Shown here piece after piece: positions 8,478 to 17,199 of a DNA stretch of 64,000 nt. The translations under genes and the position numbers were made by a program. Positions within the stretch are counted from its first letter, which is position 1. Each line of letters begins with the position of its first letter. The stretch is from an uncultured Chlamydiales bacterium (GTDB lineage Bacteria > Chlamydiota > Chlamydiia > Chlamydiales > JAAKFR01): positions 25,097 through 89,096 of the forward strand of contig CAVVHU010000012.1 of assembly GCA_963748195.1 (NCBI GenBank). Reading direction: 5' to 3'. Under the pieces are notes generated by a model. The model was not told the origin of the DNA. It did no database searches and saw nothing but the letters and a program-made list of their open reading frames with translations.

Positions 8478-9056
8478 TTAACGAGCTGAGGTTGTTAACT
8501 GAAGAGATTTGTTTGTTGATTCGTCAATGAGAGTCACGGTAAAAGTCTCCTCGTAGTATTCTCTGGGAACAAATAGGACCATATTGACATGAGATTGAGG
8601 TGAAATCACACAATCGCGAGCGGCTTTTGCAAGAAAATCACGATCAAGCGACACATTTGCTTCTGCCGACTTAAATCCATCTACAACGGCAGGTACAGCA
8701 AAAAGCGGTGAGGCGAGCAATGCCGCTGCGCCATAGCCTGCAATGCGTCCGATCGTCGATGAATGAACCTTTTTAGATACCTCTTCAGCTGATGCTGTTG
8801 GCAGGGTGACATTATCTTTTAAAAAAAGGTAGGAGCTGTCTGATGCGTTGTGAATATAAATCTGGATGGGTTGATATCCCTTGGAGATCACATCACGATC
8901 AAAGTACTCTCTACATTCATTTTTAGTAAAAGCTCGGGAGACGATCGCTACCCCGTCTGTCATTTCCAGCTCAGTAGGAAATGAATTAAGGGCAGTTGCG
9001 TTATAGCGTACACAGCACGAAAAAATTAAAGGGATGCATAACAACAGTTTTTTCAT
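8478..9056 (-). CDS. Putative lipoprotein, function unknown
   Basis: 192 aa with signal sequence MKKLLLCIPLIFSCC (lipobox-like IFSC). It is the last gene of a three-gene minus-strand operon with 5-10 nt gaps. Confidence 0.55.
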   Translation of the reverse strand: MKKLLLCIPLIFSCCVRYNATALNSFPTELEMTDGVAIVSRAFTKNECREYFDRDVISKGYQPIQIYIHNASDSSYLFLKDNVTLPTASAEEVSKKVHSSTIGRIAGYGAAALLASPLFAVPAVVDGFKSAEANVSLDRDFLAKAARDCVISPQSHVNMVLFVPREYYEETFTVTLIDESTNKSLQLTTSAR

Positions 9057-9061
9057 AAGTT

Positions 9062-10144
9062 TTACTTATTAATCGTTCCACACATAAAGTTGTAGACAAA
9101 GCACCGGTCTTCACTCTCGAGCTCTTTTTCCAATTTTGAGTCGCGAACAAAGTGTTTTGAAATAGAAGAGGGAATATGATGTCTTGAAAGGAATTGGCGT
9201 ATGCAAAAACGGGCTCCAGGCTTTGCTGTGCGCAGGATACCGTTTACCATTCTATTAAAATCATCCACGCAAATATATGACGCAATGTCAGAACAAGAGA
9301 AGCAGTCAATAGATGCATCAGGAGCTTTTTCGAGATAAGATGCCATATCGATCGTTTCAAACTTGACCCGATCTAGTCTCTTTTTGATTTGCGCAGTGCC
9401 TTGCTCGTTCAGATAGGGGGGGAAAGAGCTGCGGTCGACTTTCCCCTTGAAAATTAGAGAAAGAAGGACGCTCTCTTTGGCAATATAAGAATTTAGATAG
9501 GTATGCAATTTCTCATAGAGATAATCCCCAATATGAATATCGTGGTCAACAAAAGCATATAACCCTGGATCTTTGATGAAAATACGCGTCAACCAGGGGT
9601 GTAGGCAGATTTGAAACGTTTTTCTCCATAAAAATGTGTGCCACGATTGGTCGAGAAAAGCGCGCTGCTCATCGAGGTTTTCGAAAGAGAAAAGTCGGTC
9701 AATTTTATTGCCGCGCAGTTTTGAGAGAACTTTAGAAGCAACTTTCAGTTTTTTTTCTACAGCTCCCTCATATAATATTCCCTCATGGATTTTCTTCGAA
9801 TGATGGTCCCATACTTTTGATGATAGAGAAGATAACTCACTTTTGAGCTTTGCAAAAGTTTCGAGGCGGTTCGAATGGTGTTTTACACCCATGAAAGCGA
9901 GGTATTCCTCATAGTCCAGTTTTTTAAGAGCTGCACACTTTAGATCGAAAAGCGCGGTCTGCATCGGATTAGCATCAATGCTGACAAGCTCTTTGAGTTC
10001 TGTGGAAAGCAAGTTTAGGGGTCTATCGCCACTTGCTGTCACACATAAAACACTGTCATCAGGTCGAATTTTAAGTGCTTTTTGTTCTGTTCTCCAATCC
10101 TCATTTCCAAAGCTATAGCTTAGACGTGAATAAAAATTCCCCAT
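9062..10144 (-). CDS. DUF3419 / BtaA-like SAM-dependent protein (SAM:diacylglycerol 3-amino-3-carboxypropyl-transferase family)
   Basis: 360 aa. SFGNEDWRTEQKALKIRPDDSVLCVTASGDRPLNLL and SIDANPMQTALFDLKCAALKKLDYEEYLAFMG match my recollection of the DUF3419 N-terminal consensus (WED...ItSaG.n.L, vDlNp.Q.aLleLK). Confidence 0.65.
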   Translation of the reverse strand: MGNFYSRLSYSFGNEDWRTEQKALKIRPDDSVLCVTASGDRPLNLLSTELKELVSIDANPMQTALFDLKCAALKKLDYEEYLAFMGVKHHSNRLETFAKLKSELSSLSSKVWDHHSKKIHEGILYEGAVEKKLKVASKVLSKLRGNKIDRLFSFENLDEQRAFLDQSWHTFLWRKTFQICLHPWLTRIFIKDPGLYAFVDHDIHIGDYLYEKLHTYLNSYIAKESVLLSLIFKGKVDRSSFPPYLNEQGTAQIKKRLDRVKFETIDMASYLEKAPDASIDCFSCSDIASYICVDDFNRMVNGILRTAKPGARFCIRQFLSRHHIPSSISKHFVRDSKLEKELESEDRCFVYNFMCGTINK

Positions 10145-10154
10145 TCTTTTTCCC

Positions 10155-10913
10155 TTAAAACCTATATACTATTGATAATCGCATTCCGAGTAAGTTAAAT
10201 TTCGTGTCTTTATAATTGAAGGGGAAGCCTTCCCGTCCACCGAAATGACGGAATTCATAGAAGGGAGCGAATTGCCCGCCGAGCCCTAAAAAAGAATTAC
10301 AGGGTGTAAATGTGAATGGAACTTCTAGACGATAGAGCGTTTCATTTTCCATCATCAATGTCTCATCCGCATACACCGGGTCTTCCGAAACTTCTGATTT
10401 TCCATCTTGCATAAATCTTACTTTGAAGTTAATTCCCATACTTAGCAGAGGTGAGATATTCACTCCAGATAAAAAACCAACCACAGAGAAATTAAATGTG
10501 TCAGTGAACTTGATTGGAAGAGGAGAAGGGGAGTGAAAGTTGTTCACTTCTTTAAAATAACCCCAGCCGACAAAAGGGATGAAAAAGTAGCGGCAGCAGC
10601 AATTTTGCAATGTGTATCCTAGTCGCGCTTCAAAAATCTCATCAGTCATTTGAGATTTCTGAGGGCTTCCAGAACCTGATTTGCCGCTTAAGCGGCCTGT
10701 TGCATACAAAAAATCAGTTCCAAGATACCAACAATACGGTTTGATCCTATCGATACCCACGCGCAACCCGTCCAGCCGGCCATCCTGCTTGGTGCCGCCG
10801 TCGCGCTGTCTCCAAAGAAAATAGCTTTCCTCACCTATGTATGATTGGAGAGAGCAATAAGCTTGTGGATTTAGTATAAACGCGGTGATCAGTATCAGAA
10901 AGAGCGTTCTCAT
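10155..10913 (-). CDS. Outer-membrane beta-barrel protein
   Basis: 252 aa with signal peptide MRTLFLILITAFILNPQAYC, alternating aromatic/hydrophilic strands, and a C-terminal ...LSIVYRF (terminal Phe OMP signature). Confidence 0.6.
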   Translation of the reverse strand: MRTLFLILITAFILNPQAYCSLQSYIGEESYFLWRQRDGGTKQDGRLDGLRVGIDRIKPYCWYLGTDFLYATGRLSGKSGSGSPQKSQMTDEIFEARLGYTLQNCCCRYFFIPFVGWGYFKEVNNFHSPSPLPIKFTDTFNFSVVGFLSGVNISPLLSMGINFKVRFMQDGKSEVSEDPVYADETLMMENETLYRLEVPFTFTPCNSFLGLGGQFAPFYEFRHFGGREGFPFNYKDTKFNLLGMRLSIVYRF

Positions 10914-11013
10914 ATGGGATAAGTGTACCTTAATCGAATTTATTCTTGAGATTATTTTTTTTCAGGCATATGGTTTTTCTTAGCAAATTTTTTAACATAA
11001 CGATAGGCAAAAT

Positions 11014-11694
11014 ATGAAATGGATTGTGGCGTTATTTCTTTTGTCAGGGATGCTTCAAGCTGACGAGCTTCTTATAAACACACAAAATGGACAGACCTAT
11101 GTATTTGATGTTGATCCATGTGAAACATTGGGTATGATTCAAGATCGTATTAGCGCTTTAACAGATGAGAGTGCTTATGTTGTTGCGATTCCTTCAAACA
11201 GCTTAAGTATCAAATATGCAGCAGGAAAGCAAGGAGGGTACATTGGCTATCCTCGTGATTATACAAGGCCGGTTACACAGCAAGAGCGTGATGACATTCA
11301 TTATATTGTGTCCACCCTTGCAGATAAATCTCTGATTACAATTTCCTTTATCAAAGGGGATTTAGAATCTGCGGGTGATCGGATCGATCATCTACACCCT
11401 CTTCGTTTTTTTATGACTGTTTTTACAAGCGAGGAGTTGAAAGCTGGGATTCGGAACATTCGTGGACGAGGCTGGATTTGGGGTCATTTTGTCGGAGGTA
11501 TCAAAGAGTGCCTTAATACTGAAATGAGCATTGGCAATATGAAAGATGAATATATTGTCGATTTTGCACGCACTGTTGAGATCGATGTAAACAAGATCTA
11601 TTCTTTGATTCAGTCTTACCAGTGGGATGCCTTTATTGAGACCTTGATTCGAGAGATTCCGCGTAAGGGGGATCACAACCGCTATGATAATTGA
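11014..11694 (+). CDS. Secreted protein with an N-terminal ubiquitin-like (beta-grasp) domain
   Basis: 226 aa with signal-like [16 protein letters not shown]. Residues ~18-95 align by eye with ubiquitin: [22 protein letters not shown] vs [30 protein letters not shown] vs LIFAGKQ, DIHYIVS vs TLHLVLR. There is no C-terminal GG. Confidence 0.5.
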   Translation: [226 protein letters not shown]

Positions 11695-12769
11695 CGTCGG
11701 ATTTGTGAACTGATCTCCCACTCTTCCTGAGTTGGGATTACTAACACCTTAATTTTAGAGTCTGTTGTTGAGATCTCCCTCTCTTCTTGAGAGGGGGATC
11801 TATTTTTTTCTGGTCGAGAACCAATCCTAGAAAGGACAAGTACGCACACGTTTTTTCTCTTATGAGAGCAGAGTTTTCTCCGATGCCTGCAGTAAAAATC
11901 AAGGCATCGAGACCTCTAAGTGATGCTAGCATCATCCCGATATGCCCAGCTAGCCGATGGACGAACATTTCTACGGCAAGATGTGCATGTCTATCGCCAT
12001 TTTCCGCTGCTTTCTGAACACTACGCAGATCTTCTGAGATACCTGAAACCCCTAAAAGTCCCGATTCATGATTGAGCATTTTGTCTAGTGTTTCCGGCGA
12101 GAAATTTTCATTTCTAAGGAGGTGCAATAGCACTCCCGGATCGACCGATCCTGAGCGGGAAGCCATCATCAAGCCTTCTAGGGGTGTCATCCCCATTGTC
12201 GTATCGAGGCTCTTGCCATTTTTGACAGCGCAAAGAGAAGCGCCCGCTCCTAGGTGGCAGATGATCATTTTTTCCGGATTTTTGAGAATGGCTGAAGCTC
12301 TTTGTGAGCAGTACTCATGGCTGATTCCGTGGAAGCCATAACGGCGGACGCCTTTTTCCCTCCAAGTAAAAGGGAGGGGATACGTCGCTGCTACCTCAGG
12401 CATTGTGGTATGAAAAGCCGTATCAAATACCGCATATTGCGGCACACCGGGATAAAGCGCTTCCGTTACTTCGATCCCTCTGAGGTTGGCAGGATTATGG
12501 AGAGGCGCAAGATAGGCGAGCTCCTGGATTTTTTCCTTCACCTCAGGTGTAATGCGCGTTACTTGCTTAAAACTCTCGCCCCCTAAAACCACCCGGTGGC
12601 CGATTGCGGTTATTTTCCGCTTCGGAAGCGTTTCAAGAAGTGTTTCAAGTTTTACGCGTCCTTCAGTCCAATCGTGATGCACATGCCAAATTGGCGCTTT
12701 TTGATTCCCTTCAAAAAGGCAGCATTTATCACTGCTTGAACCGGTGTTAAGGACTAATATCAGCTCCAT
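11682..12769 (-). CDS. ackA: Acetate kinase, reading frame broken at a homopolymer run (frameshift or sequencing error)
   Basis: LVLNTGSSS, GHRVVLGG, FDTAFHTTMP, RYGFHGISH and FTAGIGENS motifs. The ORF as given ends at 11741 with a non-homologous tail. The conserved C-terminus ISTTDSKIKVLVIPTQEEWEI continues in another frame to a stop at 11682. The frames switch at T7 (11803-11809). The ATG at 12769 overlaps the xfp stop. Confidence 0.85.
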
Positions 12770-15183
12770 TCCCAATCGGTAATCTCTTTTGGATCTTCTC
12801 CATTTTTCTGAATATACTCGCGATGCGCCTGCAATATATATTCATAGTGTGAGACGAGCTCGGAAGCTTTAGCCGCCACGCTTGGGTTATTTGGCGCTGC
12901 CAATCGGATCGCTTGCATGATCAGATGGAATCGGCTGGTGCGATTGCGCACATTCATATCAAACGGGGTTGTCGTTGTTCCCTCTTCGCGATAGCCGTGA
13001 ATACGGAAGCGATCAACGCGTTTGCGATTGAAGATAAGCTGTTTTACTGCGGATGGGTAGCCATGGAAATTGACGATGACAGGGCGATCACTTGTAAAAA
13101 GCGCTTCAAACATATCATCATCTAAACCATGAGGGTGGTCGGAATCTTTTTCGAGAATCAGAAGATCAGTTACATTTACAACTCGGATACGCAGTTCTGG
13201 GAGCTCTTGGCGTAGAATTTGTGCAGCAGCCATCACTTCGAGGTGAGGTACGTCTCCAATTCCTACAAGCACAACATCGGGGTTCACACCTTCATCGGTA
13301 CTTGCAAACCGCCATACAGAGCCTCCTGCACGGCAATGTGCGATCGCCTCATCCATAGAGAGCCATTGCGGCATCTCGTGCTTGCTGGCTACGACTAGGT
13401 TGACATAACCACGGCTTTCGAGGCAGTGGTCAAAAGTGCTGATTAGACAATTCGCATCAGGTGGTAAGTAGATGCGTGTGATATTCGCCTTATTATTGAG
13501 CAGGATATTGATGAACCCTGGACTTTGGTGCGAAAAACCGTTGTGTTCTTGTCGCCAAAGAGTCGATGTTTCTAGATAGTTCAGCGAGCTGAATGGAGTG
13601 CGCCAGTTTGTTTCACGGCAGAATTTCAAAAACTTGGCAAACTGTTGCATCATTGTTGCTGCGATCCCCAAAAAGGCTTCGTATGAAGGAAACATCCCGT
13701 GACGCCCAGTCATTAAGTAACCTTGCAGCCACCCTTGGCATGTGTGTTCGCTCAAAATTTCAAGTACACGTCCTCCTGAACGCGAGATGTGGCTATCAAA
13801 CGGCTTAATCGGCCATTGAAAATCACGATGCGTCGCCTCAAAAACTTCAGCCAGTTGGTTAGATTCAAGTTCATCAGGAGAGAATATGCGGAAGTTATTT
13901 GGGTTGCGCGCGATGACTTCCTTGAGATAGTGCCCCAATTGATAGGTGTTTTTTGCGAGTTGTGTCCCTCGTCTAGAGGATTCAAATGAGATTTTTTCAG
14001 AAGGGAAGACTGCGAAATCATGAATATCCGGCAGATTGAGGTCGACGCGGATATCTCCTCCGAATGTGTGAGGGTTGCATCCCATTCGATGCTTAGCATC
14101 AGGACAAGTCGCTAACACATCCAGAATGGGAGTGCCGTTTTCGTCGATCAACTCTTCGACATGGTAGCTTCGCAGCCAATTTTCCACGTGTAATAAAGAC
14201 TGCGGATTTGTCTTGCAATCCTTTGCCGGAATTTGGTGCGCCCGATAGGAGCCTTCAATTGGCACTCCGTCGATCTCCTTAATCCCGGTCCATCCTTTCA
14301 AAGAACGGAGAATCAGCATTGGCCAACGGGGCTTTTGTCTTGGCTGGCCCGAACGCGCTTCTTGCTGGATCGCTCGAATTTCACCCAACGCCCAATCAAA
14401 AGCTAGGAAAATATCTGCATGTAGATCCTTATCTTCAACAATGCGTGGCGCATACCCATACCCACGGAATAAACTTAACAGCTCCTCATCATCCATAGTT
14501 CCGTAAATCGTCGGATTCGAGATCTTATAACCGTTGAGGTGAAGAATAGGAAGAACGGCGCCTGACTCTGCAGGATCGAGAAACTTCGTGCTATGCCAAG
14601 CCGTCGCTGTTGGACCTGTTTCGGCCTCACCGTCTCCTACGATACAGGCAACGATCAGGTTTGGGTTATCCATCGCGGCGCCAAAGGCAGTAGCAAGAGC
14701 ATAACCGAGCTCCCCACCTTCGTGGATCGTTCCAGGTAACCCGGGATTTAGGTGGCTTGGAAAACCTCCCGGCCAAGAGAAACGTTTGATGAATTTTGCA
14801 AGCCCTTTATAGTCACGCGTGAGTTCAGGGTAAAATAGCTCGAGAGAACCTTCGAGGTAGAGGTTAGCGAGGTTTGCGGGTGCTCCATGCCCAGGCCCTG
14901 TCACAAGAAAAAGATCGAGGTCTTCTTGACGGATCAGGCGGTTTAAGTGAGTATAGATTAAATTGATTCCTGGGTCTGTTCCCCAGTGTCCCAAGAGACG
15001 GTCTTTAATGTGTTCCGGTTTCAAGGGCTCTTTCAAAAGAAAATTTTCTTTAAGATAAAGTTGAGCTGCAGCGAGATAATTTGTTAGGCGCCAATACTTT
15101 TCTATTCTTTCTAACTCGGCTTTATTAGCCGAACGGCACGCTTCAATATCATGAACTTTATTTTTTGAAACCTGAACAACCAT
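12760..15183 (-). CDS. xfp: Xylulose-5-phosphate/fructose-6-phosphate phosphoketolase
   Basis: 807 aa. LLGHWGTDPGINLIY, EGGELGY and GDGEAETGP (ThDP-binding) motifs; the length is typical of Xfp. Confidence 0.9.
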   Translation of the reverse strand: MVVQVSKNKVHDIEACRSANKAELERIEKYWRLTNYLAAAQLYLKENFLLKEPLKPEHIKDRLLGHWGTDPGINLIYTHLNRLIRQEDLDLFLVTGPGHGAPANLANLYLEGSLELFYPELTRDYKGLAKFIKRFSWPGGFPSHLNPGLPGTIHEGGELGYALATAFGAAMDNPNLIVACIVGDGEAETGPTATAWHSTKFLDPAESGAVLPILHLNGYKISNPTIYGTMDDEELLSLFRGYGYAPRIVEDKDLHADIFLAFDWALGEIRAIQQEARSGQPRQKPRWPMLILRSLKGWTGIKEIDGVPIEGSYRAHQIPAKDCKTNPQSLLHVENWLRSYHVEELIDENGTPILDVLATCPDAKHRMGCNPHTFGGDIRVDLNLPDIHDFAVFPSEKISFESSRRGTQLAKNTYQLGHYLKEVIARNPNNFRIFSPDELESNQLAEVFEATHRDFQWPIKPFDSHISRSGGRVLEILSEHTCQGWLQGYLMTGRHGMFPSYEAFLGIAATMMQQFAKFLKFCRETNWRTPFSSLNYLETSTLWRQEHNGFSHQSPGFINILLNNKANITRIYLPPDANCLISTFDHCLESRGYVNLVVASKHEMPQWLSMDEAIAHCRAGGSVWRFASTDEGVNPDVVLVGIGDVPHLEVMAAAQILRQELPELRIRVVNVTDLLILEKDSDHPHGLDDDMFEALFTSDRPVIVNFHGYPSAVKQLIFNRKRVDRFRIHGYREEGTTTTPFDMNVRNRTSRFHLIMQAIRLAAPNNPSVAAKASELVSHYEYILQAHREYIQKNGEDPKEITDWEWS

Positions 15184-15219
15184 TTTAACTTCCCCTTTTT
15201 TAAGAATTATAATGCTTAT

Positions 15220-15239
15220 TTATTTGAAATTTCAAATAA
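15220..15239. promoter_or_regulatory. Perfect 20-bp palindrome in the xfp/transporter divergent region (candidate operator)
   Basis: ttatttgaaatttcaaataa equals its own reverse complement. It lies 37 nt upstream of the xfp start codon. Confidence 0.3.
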
Positions 15240-15325
15240 TAGTTTGAATTTTCTTGAAAAAAAGAAAACGTTGAGATTTATCGCTACACTCTTTAAAATA
15301 TTACTAATATTATAAGGAGGTCGTT

Positions 15326-16672
15326 ATCAAGGACTTAATTATTGGATTCAACGAATTTTTTACCGTTTACTTTGTTTTCCCCTCTCTTTTCCTTTTAGGT
15401 ATCTACCTTACTTTTCGTCTCAAGTTTGTGCAGTTTTCAAAGTTGAAATTGGGTTTCAAGCATCTTTTCAGTAAAGACGATTTAGATGGTGAAGGCGATA
15501 TTTCTCATTATCAAGCTGTTGCTGCTGTTTTGGCTGGGAATTTTGGAACAGGTAATATTTCCGGGATGGCTGTTGCGCTTGCGATGGGCGGCCCCGGCGC
15601 GCTCATTTGGATGTGGGTGATGACTTTTCTCGGATCTGCAATTCAATATGCGAACTGCCTTCTTGGAGTGAAGTATCGTCGGAAGAATTCTAACGGCGAA
15701 TTTGTCGGCGGACCGATGTATTACCTCAGCGAGGGCTTAAACTTAAAGCCGGTCGCTATCATTTTTTCGGTTTTTGTGATTCTAACCGGTTTTGCGGTCA
15801 GCTTTGTGCAAGTCAATGCGATGGCGCTTCCTCTTGAGTCATTTGGTCTTTCTCCTTGGATGATGGGTGTTGCGATTGCTCTTTTAGTCGCTGTCGTGAT
15901 TTTTGGCGGCGGACAGCGAGTAGCACTCGTCTCTTCAGCAGTTGTGCCGATTATGGCAGCTCTTTATTTTGGAGCGTCTCTCATTATCATTGGTATGCAT
16001 TACGAACAGATACTTCCTTCGATAGTCGTTCTATTCCGCTCAGCGTTTGGTGGAAGTGCGGTTATGGGTGGAACGCTTGGATTTGCTGTGATGAAGTCCT
16101 TAAGGACCGGTTTTGACCGGGCGATTTTTGCGACTGATGCAGGAACCGGAACAGTCCCTATTCTACAGGCGGGTGCCAAAACAAAACATCCTGTAATAGA
16201 TGGGGTTGTCTCATTAACAGCGCCTTTTTTGGTCATGATCGTATGCTCAGCGACCGCGCTTGTTCTGATGGTGACAGGTGCCTACCAAGTCCCTGAACTT
16301 CAAAGCACAAATATGGTGCTCTATGCATTTAAAAATACTTTAGGGGCGACGACTGGATCGTTTATTGTCGTCTGTTCCTTAATTCTTTTTGGGTACACGA
16401 CCGTGCTTGCTTGGGCGACGTGCATTGAACGTGCTGTAGGATTTATGTTTGGACGCCGTTTTGTCCGTCCCTTTCATCTTCTTTTCGTTCTGCTTGTTCC
16501 TGTAGGAGCATTATTACATGCAGAATTTGTTTGGATTTTAGCTGATATTACCTTAACCTCCATGTTAGTACTGAATTTGATTGGGGTTGCCGGTCTCTCG
16601 AAAGAGGTGATTGCCGACAGCCAGGAGTTCTTTATGGTTAAGGAGACAAGAGATGCGGCTGAAGAGTTCTGA
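15326..16672 (+). CDS. Sodium:alanine (amino acid) symporter, AGCS family, with a probable non-canonical start
   Basis: GTGNISGMAVALAMGGPGALIWMWV and GGPMYYL motifs. The track start (GTG 15428) lies inside the family's first TM helix. The frame is open back to 15308 with no ATG/GTG/TTG. A perfect SD taaggaggt (15313-15321) sits 4 nt before ATC at 15326. Confidence 0.8.
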   Translation: MKDLIIGFNEFFTVYFVFPSLFLLGIYLTFRLKFVQFSKLKLGFKHLFSKDDLDGEGDISHYQAVAAVLAGNFGTGNISGMAVALAMGGPGALIWMWVMTFLGSAIQYANCLLGVKYRRKNSNGEFVGGPMYYLSEGLNLKPVAIIFSVFVILTGFAVSFVQVNAMALPLESFGLSPWMMGVAIALLVAVVIFGGGQRVALVSSAVVPIMAALYFGASLIIIGMHYEQILPSIVVLFRSAFGGSAVMGGTLGFAVMKSLRTGFDRAIFATDAGTGTVPILQAGAKTKHPVIDGVVSLTAPFLVMIVCSATALVLMVTGAYQVPELQSTNMVLYAFKNTLGATTGSFIVVCSLILFGYTTVLAWATCIERAVGFMFGRRFVRPFHLLFVLLVPVGALLHAEFVWILADITLTSMLVLNLIGVAGLSKEVIADSQEFFMVKETRDAAEEF

Positions 16673-17105
16673 GTTTGACGAAGGGGGAGCAATCCCGCGT
16701 AAATATACTTGTCAGGGAGTGGATGTCAATCCGCCTCTTACAATTTTAGAGACCCCTTCTGAAGCAAAGAGTTTGGCTTTGATCATGGATGACCCCGATG
16801 TTCCTGAGAGGATCCGAGCAGATCGTATGTGGGTTCATTGGGTTGCCTTTAACATCGATCCAAAGACGGAGCAGATTGCTGAAGGTGTGCCATCTCTTGG
16901 TGTACAGGGGAAGAACACCGGGGGTCATAACCGCTACATGGGACCATGTCCACCTGATCGTGAACATCGATATTTCTTCAAGCTTTATGCACTCGATACT
17001 AAGCTCGATTTGCCGGAAGGGGCCACTAAAGAGGAGCTCTTGAAGGCCATGGATGGGCATATCTTAGAGCAAGCCCAGCTCATGGGCCGCTACGAGCTTG
17101 TATAA
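16653..17105 (+). CDS. YbhB/YbcL-family Raf-kinase-inhibitor-like (PEBP) protein
   Basis: IMDDPDVP, WVHWVAFNI and GPCPPDREHRYFFKLYALD motifs. The ATG at 16653 follows aaggagacaagag and overlaps the upstream gene by 20 nt. Confidence 0.85.
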   Translation: MRLKSSEFDEGGAIPRKYTCQGVDVNPPLTILETPSEAKSLALIMDDPDVPERIRADRMWVHWVAFNIDPKTEQIAEGVPSLGVQGKNTGGHNRYMGPCPPDREHRYFFKLYALDTKLDLPEGATKEELLKAMDGHILEQAQLMGRYELV

Positions 17106-17199
17106 GTAGTCAATTATTTCATAAAAATCTCTTAGATTTTTCTTTGCCGAAATTGAGAATATTAACTATATTTTTTTATTATTTTTAGGGAATTTCTCA

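Noticed and set aside
8146-8530. Three overlapping 64-91-aa ORFs in the 8302-8478 gap.
   Set aside because: They are generated by the two arms of the long inverted repeat, which is why similar peptides such as EQEKPKPQV/EQEKPKTQV appear on both strands. They have no start context or motifs.
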